NCBI RefSeq assembly: GCF_003918875.1
Contig: NW_025766988.1
Coordinates: forward strand, 124,001-188,000
Direction of reading: 5' to 3'
DNA: 64,000 nucleotides
Source: Haliotis rubra
Taxonomy: Eukaryota
This document shows, piece after piece, positions 25,099-37,530 of the stretch (positions are counted from its first letter, which is position 1; the number at the start of each line of letters is the position of its first letter). The notes under the pieces were generated by a model. The model searched no databases. It saw only the letters and a list, made by a program, of their open reading frames with translations, and had not been told where the DNA came from. Position numbers and translations under genes: made by a program.

Positions 25099-25188
25099 GC
25101 CCCGATTCACAAAGTGCTCTTAGCTACGGCTATATGTAGGTGTTACTGATGACTTCAGCGCTGTCATCGCTTTGTGAATCGGGGCCCT
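25099..25188. mobile_element. short palindromic MITE
   Basis: GCCCCGATTCACAAAG ... CTTTGTGAATCGGGGC; a relative sits at 61418-61515. Confidence 0.75.
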
Positions 25189-25340
25189 GAAGGGATGAAG
25201 GTTTGTGAGACGCTGTGAAGACAATTGGTGACATTAACAAACAGTGTGACTTCTTCTTGCTTTGTGTGACCAATCATTTTTGCAAATAATCAAACTAATT
25301 CTTTTAATGTACATATACAAACGATAATGTCACGAATGTA

Positions 25341-26127
25341 GGAAAGAAAGTCACAGGAAAAAAAGTCACGGACAAAATGTCATGGATAAAAAGTCATGAA
25401 TAAAAAGTCACGGATAAAAAGTCATGGATAAAAAGTCACAGGAAAAAAGTCACAATACAATAAGATATATACTAGTTATATAATATATACCAGTGGGTTG
25501 TAAATTGTCTCAATTGTTATAACAGCTTCTGTTTCTGACATGATAACACGATTAATGAGGTAATTGGGACGTGAAACCAAGAGTGATCAGTGAACGTGAG
25601 TGTTGTCTACTGTACGGTACTGTACTGTGTGCTGACGATTAGCTGCCTGACTCTGAGGGTGTGGGTTCGAATCCCGGGTGGGACTCAACCCAACAAAAGT
25701 ACTAGAATTTCTACTTTACTAATAAAGTGTAATCACAAATATAACATATGTTACAAGTGACTTGGTTTAAGTATTTACGTTTAGCCATGTCCTTTCCCAT
25801 TTGCATCATGGATTTTATTAAAAGCAACATTATTTGAAAATAGTGAGTATGATTTTATGCCGCTCTTAGCAATATTCCAGCAACATCACGGCGGGGGACA
25901 CCAAAAATGGGCTTCACACATTGTACCTATGTGGGGAATCGAACCCGGGCCTTCGGCGTGACGAGCGAACGCTTTAACCACTAGGCTATCCCACAGCCCC
26001 AAATAGTATTTGAAGGACACATGTACAGTAAGCACGCAAGTCTCTGATTGATCCTGAGATTTATTGTCATAATTAAACATAATAATAAACAGGTATTGTG
26101 ACTTTTTTTCCTGTGACTTTCTTTCTG
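25341..26127. mobile_element. TIR element with 15-bp subterminal repeats and a nested family A SINE (25843-26000)
   Basis: GAAAGAAAGTCACAGGAAAAAAAGTCAC and its exact reverse complement at ~26099-26126. Confidence 0.75.
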
Positions 26128-27210
26128 ATCACCAATATCACATTACTTCACAATCATTATGTTGAACAGTTGAAGACCTCTGACTTTCATGCAACATGTT
26201 GAAATGGCTTTGTTTAATATACTCATGTCAATAATGGTTGTCACCCCTCCCACCCCAACCCCCTCCCCAACCCCCAACCCCACCCCCACACACATCCCAC
26301 ACCCCCTCTCCAATAAAAAAATTGAAGGGGTGACAACCATTATTGGCATGAGTATACATGCAGACAAAGACTCATTGTGATATGAATAGAAACACAAAAT
26401 ATATAAATACATGTATTACGTTCAAATATAAGGAATATTCATCCTTATTGTCTTATAAGAGTTTAAGGCCAGCATGCTTTCCTGTCAATGTCGTATTGTG
26501 GTTAAAATAGTTAATGTCACAATATGGCAGCTTCCCACCGCCATATTTGTTGATGACATTTAAACTGAATTAATACCGTGATTGTACATAAGAGAGTAAG
26601 TCTTATTTAACCACATCAAACAGAACAGGGAGGTAGAGTCTCTAGAAATTTATTTAAAGTTTTACGACCAATTCCATAAGCCTGGACTCACAAATAACTG
26701 ATTGTAGTGTATCGAGTGATAGCTGGAAACATATAGCTCTGAAATGAGACATATTTGTTTATCAATACTATCCAACACATTCCGGTATTGTTTGGATAGT
26801 ATGTTAGAAGATGAAGTGTCACGTAACTACGAGGAGCACAATCTCGACCATGTAGTCACGTCCGTAATTCCCGTCATGTGATACCCTCCATAACCAACTC
26901 GCCTTCAGTGGACCTCGCCCACAAGTTTGTTCACACGAATTCCATGTCTGGTTTTCAACTCCCCGTGAAACGCTGGCTGATAAACAACATATGCCTTGCT
27001 GCAGAAATTAAAAAAAAATTGATGTTTAACTGAATGAATTCGCATCATTTATGTAGCTGTCAGGAGCGACAATGCGACAATGTCCCTTCTCGGATTACAT
27101 AGTTGATTCACGAGGGACACTTTGCACTTGTGTCGAAGGTCGGATGAATCGTAATATTTAGTGAAATTAAGACAACTTCTAGACACCGGTGTTTGATTGT
27201 ATTACAATCT

Positions 27211-27458
27211 GTTGTTGTTGTTGGTTTGTTGTTTAAGGCCGCAAGCAGCAATATTCCAGTTTTTTGGAGGCGGTCTATAAATAATCGAGTCTGGACCAGA
27301 CAATCCAGTGAACAACAGCATGAGCAACGATCTACGCATTTGGGAATCGATGACATGTGTCAACCGCGTCAGCAAGCCTGACCACCCGATCCCGTTAGTC
27401 GCATCTTATGACAAGCATGGGTTACTGAAGACCAATTCGAACCTGGACCTTCATGGGT
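27211..27458 (-). mobile_element. SINE family B
   Basis: Consensus match. Confidence 0.85.
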
Positions 27459-29096
27459 CTACTACATATTGGCATTTAGGGAGAAGAAGATATGTCATGC
27501 GTCATGTAATCATTTGATGACGTCATAGTGTATTGTTATTAGCAATTAAACACTGGGACGTCCTATTGCATTTATCGGCCAATCACCAGTGTGTATCGCG
27601 AAAATGCACATGCGCATTACACGTACGAGGTCGGTCATTCAGCTATGACACATCAAATGAAAACACGGCAAATATGGGTTGATATGTTTCTACAGTGAAC
27701 ATCCCAAGTGTTATATATGGCGTTCTGGTTCTAAAGTATAATTGAATGTTTTTGTCTCACAGAAAAATAATGATTTTTCATCGGGTTCATTGAGGCCAAC
27801 GTACAAACCCATTTCGGTGTTTGAAACCAAACTCCAGCAGTGTTGAAGGATCCTTGTTGAGGCGAGATTCTCGTGTATCTGGTTAATCACCAATCTGTTC
27901 CGGTTTTTCAGGACTGATTGCAACCAATTCCAATCTCCTGCCAAAATATCCACAAACAAGTGTCAAAATCCCGTCAGCTCTCGTCATCGCCCGTGCCGAG
28001 GTCGCCTATATTTGTACATGTATCAAAAAGATGCCTCTCCGATTACAACAACGCAGGCTGGTGCCAGTGGATATAGAAATAAACACGTATATATTTCTAT
28101 GTTGTGGAATTTCTTGGACGGTTCTCTGTTTTACAATGCTGCCATGGTTCATGTTTTGGTAAGAAATTTGTCCACAGTCTCTCACATTTCGGAATATCAT
28201 GTATTTGTTGAAGCATGTCAATTTTTCCTCCCCTAATGTTTTCTTGTTTTAACCTCAACTCTTATGTTGAAAAAACCCAACAATTTACTAACTCGTTCAG
28301 GGCAGTAGGTTGTGAAGGTTAACTTTCAGCCTATATTTCCCCCGCAAAGGTTTAGGAAGTAAAGTCCATACACTTTAACATTTATATTACGTCGTAAAGA
28401 TCTTGGAGTAGGTTTATGGCATCTGAATATCTGGAATCGTATCAGTAATATAAAAAAGAATATGCCAAATGACACCGTCTTCAAAAACCCCATTCAGAAA
28501 TATCTTATAATGATGGTTCAAGTGACATTTACTTGTAACTTGGCATTGTACGACCTTTCCGCGAAAAATAAAAAAGCATCTAATGATTTTTTTAGAAATG
28601 GTACGTATTTTGCTGTTGCGTCATTCATTTGCGAGGCTTAAAATATTACAAGAGTATCGTGAATGTTATATAACGAAAATATTTAGAATCAAGATAAATT
28701 GCTGTACATGTGTTCATTATCACTCCTTCTCTGTGATTCTTGGATAGGTCCCAGGGACCCATGCTGGCCGTACACCGTGACAAAATGGACTTCATGTTAT
28801 AGTAAAGCTCCGCGACATGGTTGATTGCGTGCCTTCAATGCACGGAGATTTGTTCGTAACATCCTGGTTTGTCTAGTCGGACTCGACTATTCATAAACCA
28901 CGGTGATATCGCTGGAATATTGACTGTTGTTTTGAATAACATTCGGTCTTTGCTATGCATTTCATCACATGTATACTGCTACACCACAGAGGTACAATTC
29001 CATCTCTGTTTGATGACTTTAAAGAATGAAATTAACAAGAAATGTTGACGGCAAGGTAATGTATTTGATATATGGATATCAAAGGCGAAATTACAT

Positions 29097-29315
29097 GAGT
29101 GAGTGAGTTTAGTTCTACGCCGCACTCAGCAATATTCCAGGTATATGGCTGCGGTCTGTAAATAATAGTCTGGACCAGACAATCCAGTGATCAACAGCAC
29201 GAGCATCGATCTGCGTAATTGGGAATCGATGACATGTGTCAACCAAGTCAGCGAGTCTTACGACATTGAAGCATGGGTTACTGAAGATCACTATTCTAAC
29301 CCGGACCGTCACGGG
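29097..29315 (-). mobile_element. SINE family B
   Basis: Consensus match with an internal deletion. Confidence 0.85.
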
Positions 29316-30159
29316 TGCTATATTAATACATGTATCATTTTTTTGTGCTGAAAATTTGTTAAATGACCACTGGAACTCTGGTGAAAATGAATAGTGTGTG
29401 CGCGCACGCACACACACACACGCACACACACACACACCTCAAAAAGCTGTATCCGCCCCTGAATTTTCAAAAGTGGTCTTAGTTTTGTTTTAAAGGGAAT
29501 TATGTTAACTTCATAAAACTTTACGAAAATGCGACATTTATAAGTGATGGCCTTTCTACTTATTCTTGTTTATTTACAATACAAAAATACACAAATTTTA
29601 AATTACAGAGTGTTTTTTCTCGACCTCTATGGTTTTGTTTGCCACTTAATTACACTCCCCTGAACAATTTCTATATTGATGCCAGTGATCTCTCCGAAAA
29701 AAGCATTGCTGTATCTCATTTCCTCTTACATCTTCAAGTAACAGTACTATAATAGCTTCGTGTGTAGGTAGAGACTTATCTTCCAGAACAATCGAGCTTC
29801 TCCACTATATGTCAAATAAAGTGTCAAATTTCAATCCGCCTCCCCAAAGTATCTAACTGAGTTTTCTTTGAATAATACTTCATCTACAAGTTTAATTTGG
29901 GGAAATTCTTACCTTTACTGTTACTCACAAACTTCTAAATTGCCAAACTAATACTTTATTTCTCACATTAACAATAATGGAAACGAAATTGAATGGAAAA
30001 ATAAGTATTCGAATATTTCCATTTGAGTGAATGTTGTTTGACGTCTAGCTCTGGTATAATCACGTGTAAATAATTGAGTCTTGACTCATGCAAACCAGTG
30101 TCTGAGTGCATGACCACCGATCAACCCCCTTAGAAGTGCATTGAGAAAAAACGCAATTT

Positions 30160-32256
30160 ACAGATGCTAGCCACTCTGTCCCCGGGATATACAGATGCTG
30201 GCCGCTCTGTCCCCGGGATATACAGATGCTGGCCGCTCTGTCCCCGGGATATACAGATGCTGGCCGCTCTGTCCCCGGGATATACAGATGCTAGCCACTC
30301 TGTCCCCGGGATATACAGATGCTAGCCACTCTGTCCCCGGGATATACAGATGCTGGCCGCTCTGTATTATGCTATAAGTGCTGAGTGACATCGCTTGTGG
30401 AGCGACGTGCAGAGACAGATGCTAGCCACTCTGTCCCCGGGATATACAGATGCTAGCCACTCTGTCCCCGGGATATACAGATGCTGGCCGCTCTGTCCCC
30501 GGGATATACAGATGCTGGCCGCTCTGTCCCCGGGATATACAGATGCTGGCCACTCTGTCCCCGGGATATACAGATGCTGGCCCCATTGTCCCCGGGATAT
30601 ACAGATGCTGGCCACTCTGTCCCCGGGATATACAGATGCTCTCCGCTCTGTCCCCGGGATATACAGATGCTGGCCGCTCTGTCCCCGGGATATACAGATG
30701 CTAACCACTCTGTCCCCGGGATATACAGATGCTGGCCGCTCTGTCCCCGGGATATACAGATGCTGGCCCCTCTGTCCCCGGGATATACAGATGCTAGCCA
30801 CTCTGTCCCCGGGATATACAGATGCTAATCTCTCTGTCCCCGGGATATACAGATGCTAGCCACTCTGTCCCCGGGATATACAGATGCTAGCCACTCTGTC
30901 CCCGATATACAGGATATACAGATGCTAGCCACTCTGTCCCCGGGATATACAGATGCTGGCCGCTCTGTCCCCGGGATATACAGATGCTGGCCGCTCTGTC
31001 CCCGGGATATACAGATGCTGGCCGCTCTGTCCCCGGGATATACAGATGCTGGCCGCTCTGTCCCCGGGATATACAGATGCTGGCCACTCTGTCCTCTGTC
31101 CCCGGGATATACAGATGCTGGCCACTCTGTCCCCAGATGCTAACCACTCTGGGATATACAGATGCTAGCCACTCTGTCCCCTGGATATACAGATGCTAGC
31201 CACTCTGTCCCGGATATACAGATGCTGGCCGCTCTGTCCCCAGGATATACAGATGCTAGCCGCTCTGTCCCAGGATATACAGATGCTATCCACTCTGTCC
31301 CCGGGATATACAGATACTAACCTCTCTGTCCCCGGGATATACAGATGCTAGCCGCTCTGTCCCCGGGATATACAGATGCTAACCTCTCTGTTCCCAGGAT
31401 ATACAGATGCTAACCACTCTGTCCCCGGGATATACAGATACTAGCCGCTCTGTCCCCGGGATATACAGATGCTGGCCGCTCTGTCCCCGGGATATACAGA
31501 TGCTAGCCACTCTGTCCCCGGGATATACAGATGCTAACCACTCTGTCCCCGGGATATACAGATGCTAGCCGCTCTGTCCCCGGGATATACAGATGCTAGC
31601 CGCTCTGTCCCCGGGATATACAGATGCTATCCACTCTGTCCCCGGGATATACAGATACTAGCCTCTCTGTCCCCGGGATATACAGATGCTAGCCGCTCTG
31701 TCCCCGGGATATACAGATGCTAACCTCTCTGTCCCCGGGATATACAGATGCTAACCACTCTGTCCCCGGGATATACAGATACTAGCCGCTCTGTCCCCGG
31801 GATATACAGATGCTAGCCACTCTGTCCCCGGGATATACAGATGCTGGCCTCTCTGTCCCCGAGATATACAGATGCTAGCCACTCTGTCCCCGGGATATAC
31901 AGATGCTAGCCACTCTGTCCCCGGGATATACAGATGCTGGCCACTCTGTCCCCGGGATATACAGATGCTAGCCGCTCTGTCCCCGGGATATACAGATGCT
32001 AGCCACTCTGTCCCCGGGATATACAGATGCCAGCCACTCTGTCCCCGGGATATACAGAAGCTAGGCGCTCTGTCCCCGGGATATACAGATGCTGGCCTCT
32101 CTGTCCCCAGGATATACAGATGCTAGCCACTCTGTCCCCGGGATATACAGATGCTAGCCGCAGATGCTAGCCTCTCTGTCCCCGGGATATACAGATGCTA
32201 GCCACTCTGTCCCCGGGATATACAGATGCTGGCCACTCTGTCCCCGGGATATACAG
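30160..32256. repeat. 31-bp satellite, right arm (reverse complement)
   Basis: About 65 units, with a short unique interruption near 30365-30415. Confidence 0.97.
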
Positions 32257-33308
32257 GAGATATAGGAGTGGTATAGGGCTTATACACAAGTATATAACCT
32301 TCAGTTATATTTGTCTGCTTGGTTTACAGGGATCTAGATTGAAGCAGTGGAAAAGGAAATTGTCAAATTATAAAGAGTTTAATTAGCAAACAAAATTTCA
32401 GATAAAACCTGAGGTTTTTGTGTCCGCTAAAAGGTAAGATTATACATGTATTGAGCCGAAAGATCAAATATGATTCTCACTCACTCACTCACTCACTCAA
32501 AACTCACTCACCTAATGGTGAGCAATTATCCGAGACGCTCCACTGTATATCCAGTGAGGTTATTACCCCAAACGTGTTATAATACACGATTGTGGGAACA
32601 GAACAAGATAGTTTACATTCCTGGACGACAAGGATTGATGTCTACTAGTCATGGTGCAATTACACCTTGTTGTGTTAAACATTTCTAATGTCAAGAATCC
32701 CGTTTACAAACTACCGTTATCGTGTGGCGGTTTTCACAGGTTGGGCGTCGTTGGCGAGGCAAATTACTCAAACTGGCTGATGCAGCAGTAAACAAAATCC
32801 AATCAAAGAAGGGCGTTCAACATCTATGTTCTCGTTCCTTAATCATGTTGGTTTTTGAAGTCGCAATGGCGGATCAGGTTGCCGGTGAGCCACTGAACCT
32901 CCTAATGACAATCACGGTCATCTGATATACTTCAGTTAGGCATTTTCCAAACATCACGTTCCATCGATACCAAAGTGATATTTTCGTATCCCTATGTTCG
33001 TTCCCCTTGCATTTGGAGCTAAAGCGGAGCTAACATCACGATTTCAATTTTCTTTAAATGTATGTAGAAACAGTAGCAACTAAAATTCTGTTTTTTTATG
33101 CGAACACTTGCTGTTTTAACTAACGGGCACACACATTAACCGAGTCAGTCATTGGCGGACCAATGCCAGCGTCAGTGGTCATCCTATCCCAATGTAAATC
33201 ACTGACCAATCAGTGTCCGTGTAATACACTGACCAACCAATCCACGCGTCAGCCAGTGACGGACCAATTGATCAGTCATTGACCAACGTACCTAACATAC
33301 ATCATTGG

Positions 33309-33517
33309 CCCACCCGTGAAGATCCGGGTTAGAAGAGGCGACTAACGGGATCGGGTGGTCAGGTAAGCTGACTTGGTTGACACATGTCATCGTGTCCCAG
33401 TTGCGTAGATCGATGATTATGCTGTTGATCACTGGATAGTCTGGTCCAGAATCGATTATTTACAGACCGCCGTCTTGTAGCTAGAATATGACTGAGTGCG
33501 GCGTTAAACAACAAACA
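33309..33517 (+). mobile_element. SINE family B at the outer edge of the right arm
   Basis: Consensus match. Confidence 0.85.
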
Positions 33518-34972
33518 ATTCCGATCTCATTAAGTGGGGGAGTGACGACCTAATCGTCTGAGGTACACGTGCTTCCATTAGATGAGCAGAGGTGTCATAT
33601 ACAGTCAACTCTCGTTAATCCGACACTCGTGGTTGCAGAGAAATATGTAGGATTAACGAAAAAATGTCGGATTAATGTATTTGTGTGAAAATATCAATGT
33701 TTACTAAATGTCATGATCGTCATACTGTTGCATGCATATTATCAGAAATGGTAGATCTAGTTATCTTCATATTCACAGAAATAAAAAATAATAACAATAC
33801 ATCCTTTATTAACATTCACAGATGACATAACATACAAATATAATCACATAAGCAATCAGTTTCATATCTATTTCATAACCACATCGGCACAAAACTCGCG
33901 TTTGTTTTTACCACATATCAGCAGCCATTATGACCCGGATGTTGTATATGTTACAGTTCCATACTAACATGTGGACGTCTAGTGAACAATCAGGCATTTA
34001 TCATAACATTTATAATTTATAACTTGAAAAAGTCTTTGATGGTCATTAACATCAACCATCAGCTGGATTTTGCTGAGTGCGGCATTAAACAACAACGGAC
34101 AAACAAGCAACATCGTTGGCCAACAAATCCCGTGTTCGTCATTAACCAAAATCCCCATAAGAATCGTCTCCAACCAGTTTTGGGTTCTTTTTTGTTCAAG
34201 AGAATATGATGGCATGACAAGCATTAGAAATAATATTATAGAACCTGCAGTAATTCAGTGTTAAAGTATACATAATCATGATGTATATAATACAGACAAA
34301 TTGACAGGTCTGAAATCTTTAAAAAATATATGCTAGAAGTCCTTCTACCTCTTTCAGAGTACCTCTGCAACAATATATTATTATGTTGCCAAGTTTAATC
34401 GGTTAGATAATTTAAAAAGCGAAAGTGAGTTGTGATTAGTACGCTCAACTTCCCAGCGTAGACACCTGATTGGATAAAAAGTCAACCAAGGGAGGTAATA
34501 AAATCATCGGCTCGAGCCGTAGATGCATCCAGGGTGTAGTGGAGATTTATCGGAACGTATACCCTAGAGATTATCGAGGATGTGTGCGAAATTGTTTCCA
34601 AATTTTGCTTGTCAGTCGAGCTATAGCTATGCCTGAAAGTTACTAGCCCACAAAATAATTCACTAGCCCGAAATTGAAATGTGGTCACGGGTTTCAGCAT
34701 TTAGCTGCTAATATGATGAACATTTTAACCAGGCCATAACCTTGCCTGATTTAAAAGTGTATGATAACGTAACAAATCGGAGAGAGTGATATATTTACAA
34801 AATGACCCCAAGAAAATTAATTCACCAGCCAGTCGGGCCAGTAACTGTGGAGATTTACTGGCCCGACTGGATTTTTACTAGCCACGGGCTAGCGGGCGAG
34901 TGGCTATTTCGCACACTGCCAACAACACAGCTTCATATTGATACTTTTTAATGATGGCCAATTCAACTTTAA

Positions 34973-35135
34973 GGGGCGCCGGGGTAGCCTTATGGTTAAA
35001 GCGTTCGCTCGTCACGCCGATTCCACACATGGCTACAATGTGTGAAGCTCATTTCTGGGGTTCCCCGCCGTGATATTGCTGGATCATTGCTAAAAGCGGC
35101 GTATAACTAAACTCCCTCACTCACTCATTCACTCA
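34973..35135 (+). mobile_element. SINE family A
   Basis: Consensus match; flanking repeat TCAACTTTAAG. Confidence 0.85.
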
Positions 35136-35172
35136 ACTTTAAGACAATCCTTCTGAAGGGATGATGTAGCCA

Positions 35173-35243
35173 CAGACGCGAGCAGCCTGGTTCCCTGGGT
35201 CTGTTAACGCAACAGACCCAGGGAACCAGGCTGCAGACGCGAG
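35173..35243. repeat. short perfect hairpin flanked by a direct repeat
   Basis: GCAGCCTGGTTCCCTGGGTCTGTT...AACAGACCCAGGGAACCAGGCTGC between CAGACGCGAG copies. Confidence 0.75.
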
Positions 35244-35541
35244 GTACTCAAAACATGCCATGATTAAACAACGTCACACATGATGTGATTTAAGTTTGAA
35301 ACAACCAACGTGAGGTTCTGCGACCCAAGAACATGGTATGACGTACTTTGACACTCATGTCTGTATGATGCCTCTTTGCTGATAAGAACGATAGTGTGTG
35401 ACCTATGGCAGATAATATGTCATTCTATCAGTTTCGAGTAGGCATGCCATTTTATGTATAAAACATTTTAATTCGAGAACAAACAAAACGAAAATGTAAA
35501 AAAACGCATGTTGAGACATCGTTTACAATAGACAACGTGAA

Positions 35542-35815
35542 CCACATTGTTTCCCCAATAGATCAAAATGACGTCATCGGTTTTAATGACCAATCAGCTT
35601 TGGGAATAGTTAAACTCGTTATTAAAAGTGTATATACAAATGATTATGGCCTCTTTACTTCAATTTTACATTTACATTTATTAACGTTGCATGGCTTGAA
35701 CTGGGTGACAGTAAATGACAGCTGAGACTCTAGTGGCTCAAAAGATGTTGGTGCAGATCGAAAGGTACATAACTTTGACACTAGCACTCGTGTCTAATTG
35801 ACTCCTTTCACAAGT
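35542..35815 (+). ncRNA. cassette copy 5: conserved leader with a different downstream segment
   Basis: CCACATTGTT..TGACGTCA..TGACCAATCAG..GTGTATATACAAATGATTATGGCCT..AACGTTGCATGGCT as in copy 1; ends with the shared CACTCGTGTCT. Confidence 0.4.
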
Positions 35816-36009
35816 AATTAGTTTTTTATTATTAGAATAAGAATGTTTTCTCAAACATGTCACTTAAGTTTTTATGTAAGCGGAGAATGTTGGACATGGA
35901 CTCGACTTTCCCACATGGGTACAATGTGTGAAACCCATTTCTGGTGTCCTCTGCTGTGATATTTCTGGTATATTGCCGAAAGCGGCGTAAAACTAAACTC
36001 ACTCACTCA

Positions 36010-36260
36010 CTTTAACGACCGATCAGGTTTTGTAAAGTTAAACTCGTTTATTGAATGTTTATAATTTGCAAATGAAAAAAAAGCCTAATTACTCCAATGT
36101 TGTATTTACACTACACTCAGCTGCGTGCTATCATATCTGTACTCAGATATTGTAACATCTTACCTGTGGCCTTTGGGCCTGGGGACAGCCGGAGACTGAT
36201 GGTTGACAACTAAACTCCGGGGCTCGGAGGGAGTGCAACCACAGACCCGCGTGTCTTTGC
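36010..36260 (+). ncRNA. cassette copy 4 (diverged core; a SINE abuts the leader)
   Basis: TATTGTAACATCTTACCTGTGGCCTTTGGGCC..GCCGGAG..CTCCGGGG..CGGAGGGAGTGCAAC retained. Confidence 0.45.
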
Positions 36261-36285
36261 GAGTATTAAATATTAATAGTATATA

Positions 36286-36939
36286 AGTAATCAGTTTCGG
36301 ACATCAAAGCATTCCTAAGGAGAACAATTGCATTCCTAAGGAGAACAATAGCATTCCAGGGGAGAACAATAGCATTCCAGGGGAGAACAATAGCATTTTT
36401 TAAGGAGTACTCCTACATACCAAAGGAGTTTTCAGGAGCACATTCCATAAATTCCAGCGAGAACAATAGCATTTTTCAAGGAGCGCTCCTACATACTCAA
36501 GGAGCTTTCAGGAGCACATTCCATAAATTCCAGGAGCTGTCTTTTGAACCTATTCCATGACATCATTATATAAAGGTGGCCAACATTCCACCGATTTCAA
36601 ATTTAATAGCAATGCTTTCAATATATTAAATTTGCTTGGTTCATATTCATAACATTTCAATACACATTCCCATCTCCGTGAGTCGTGATGTTAAATAAAG
36701 ACGCCACTTAACTCTTTACCGGCTGGTATAGAACCATAGTGTAGGCTATCATTGTATACAACAGGGTTAAGGGTTCAAAGGACAGCTCCTGGAATTTATG
36801 GAATGTGCTCCTGAAAACTCCTTTGGTATGTAGGAGTACTCCTTAAAAAATGCTATTGTTCTCCCCTGGAATGCTATTGTTCTCCTTAGGAATGCTATTG
36901 TTCTCCTTAGGAATGCTTTGATGTCCGAAACTGATTACT
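36286..36939. mobile_element. foldback/MITE with long TIRs and ~20-bp subterminal repeats
   Basis: AGTAATCAGTTTCGGACATCAAAGCATTCC... and its reverse complement at ~36773-36939. Confidence 0.85.
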
Positions 36940-37319
36940 ATATACTACTAATATTTTCAAAAAGTATATATAACTTTGAGATGACACCCCACACCCCAAC
37001 CCCCACTGTGAGACAGATTTGAGTTGTAGTTACTATGGTTTAACGCCGCTCTGAAAATATTGCAGTTATACCACATGCAGCTTGTCGTGATGCAGATCTT
37101 TTAATTGATCACCTTGATCAACTCAGCCAGCACGTGTATGGTGCTGACAAACCTTAAAATCAGTGCGAACTGAAATTCGAACCCTACGATGATTGGTTTC
37201 TATCTCTACGAACGGACGCACATCCGCCCCCTCCGCCCCCAATAAAAAACACACACAAAACCAACACAAAACACACACACACACACACACACACTGAATG
37301 AGATCGGATTTGTTTGTAC

Positions 37320-37530
37320 TCAATACTATTCTAGCTACATGCCGGCGGTCTAAACACACCGAGCCTGGACCGGACAATCCAGTGATCAACAGCAAGAGCA
37401 TCGATCTACGTAATTGGGATACGATGACATGAGACAACCAAGACAGCGAGCCTGACCATCGGGTCCCGATCGTCGTCTCTTACAACAAGCATGGTTTGTT
37501 TAAAACCATTTCTTACCCGGATCTTCACGA
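37320..37530 (-). mobile_element. SINE family B (diverged)
   Basis: Consensus match. Confidence 0.75.

Larger units (their letters stand above)
24581..33290. repeat. right arm of a ~21-kb imperfect inverted duplication
   Basis: Examples: 28000-28510 vs 16860-17340; 29530-30160 vs 14715-15350; 32250-33060 vs 12800-13535. Confidence 0.92.
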
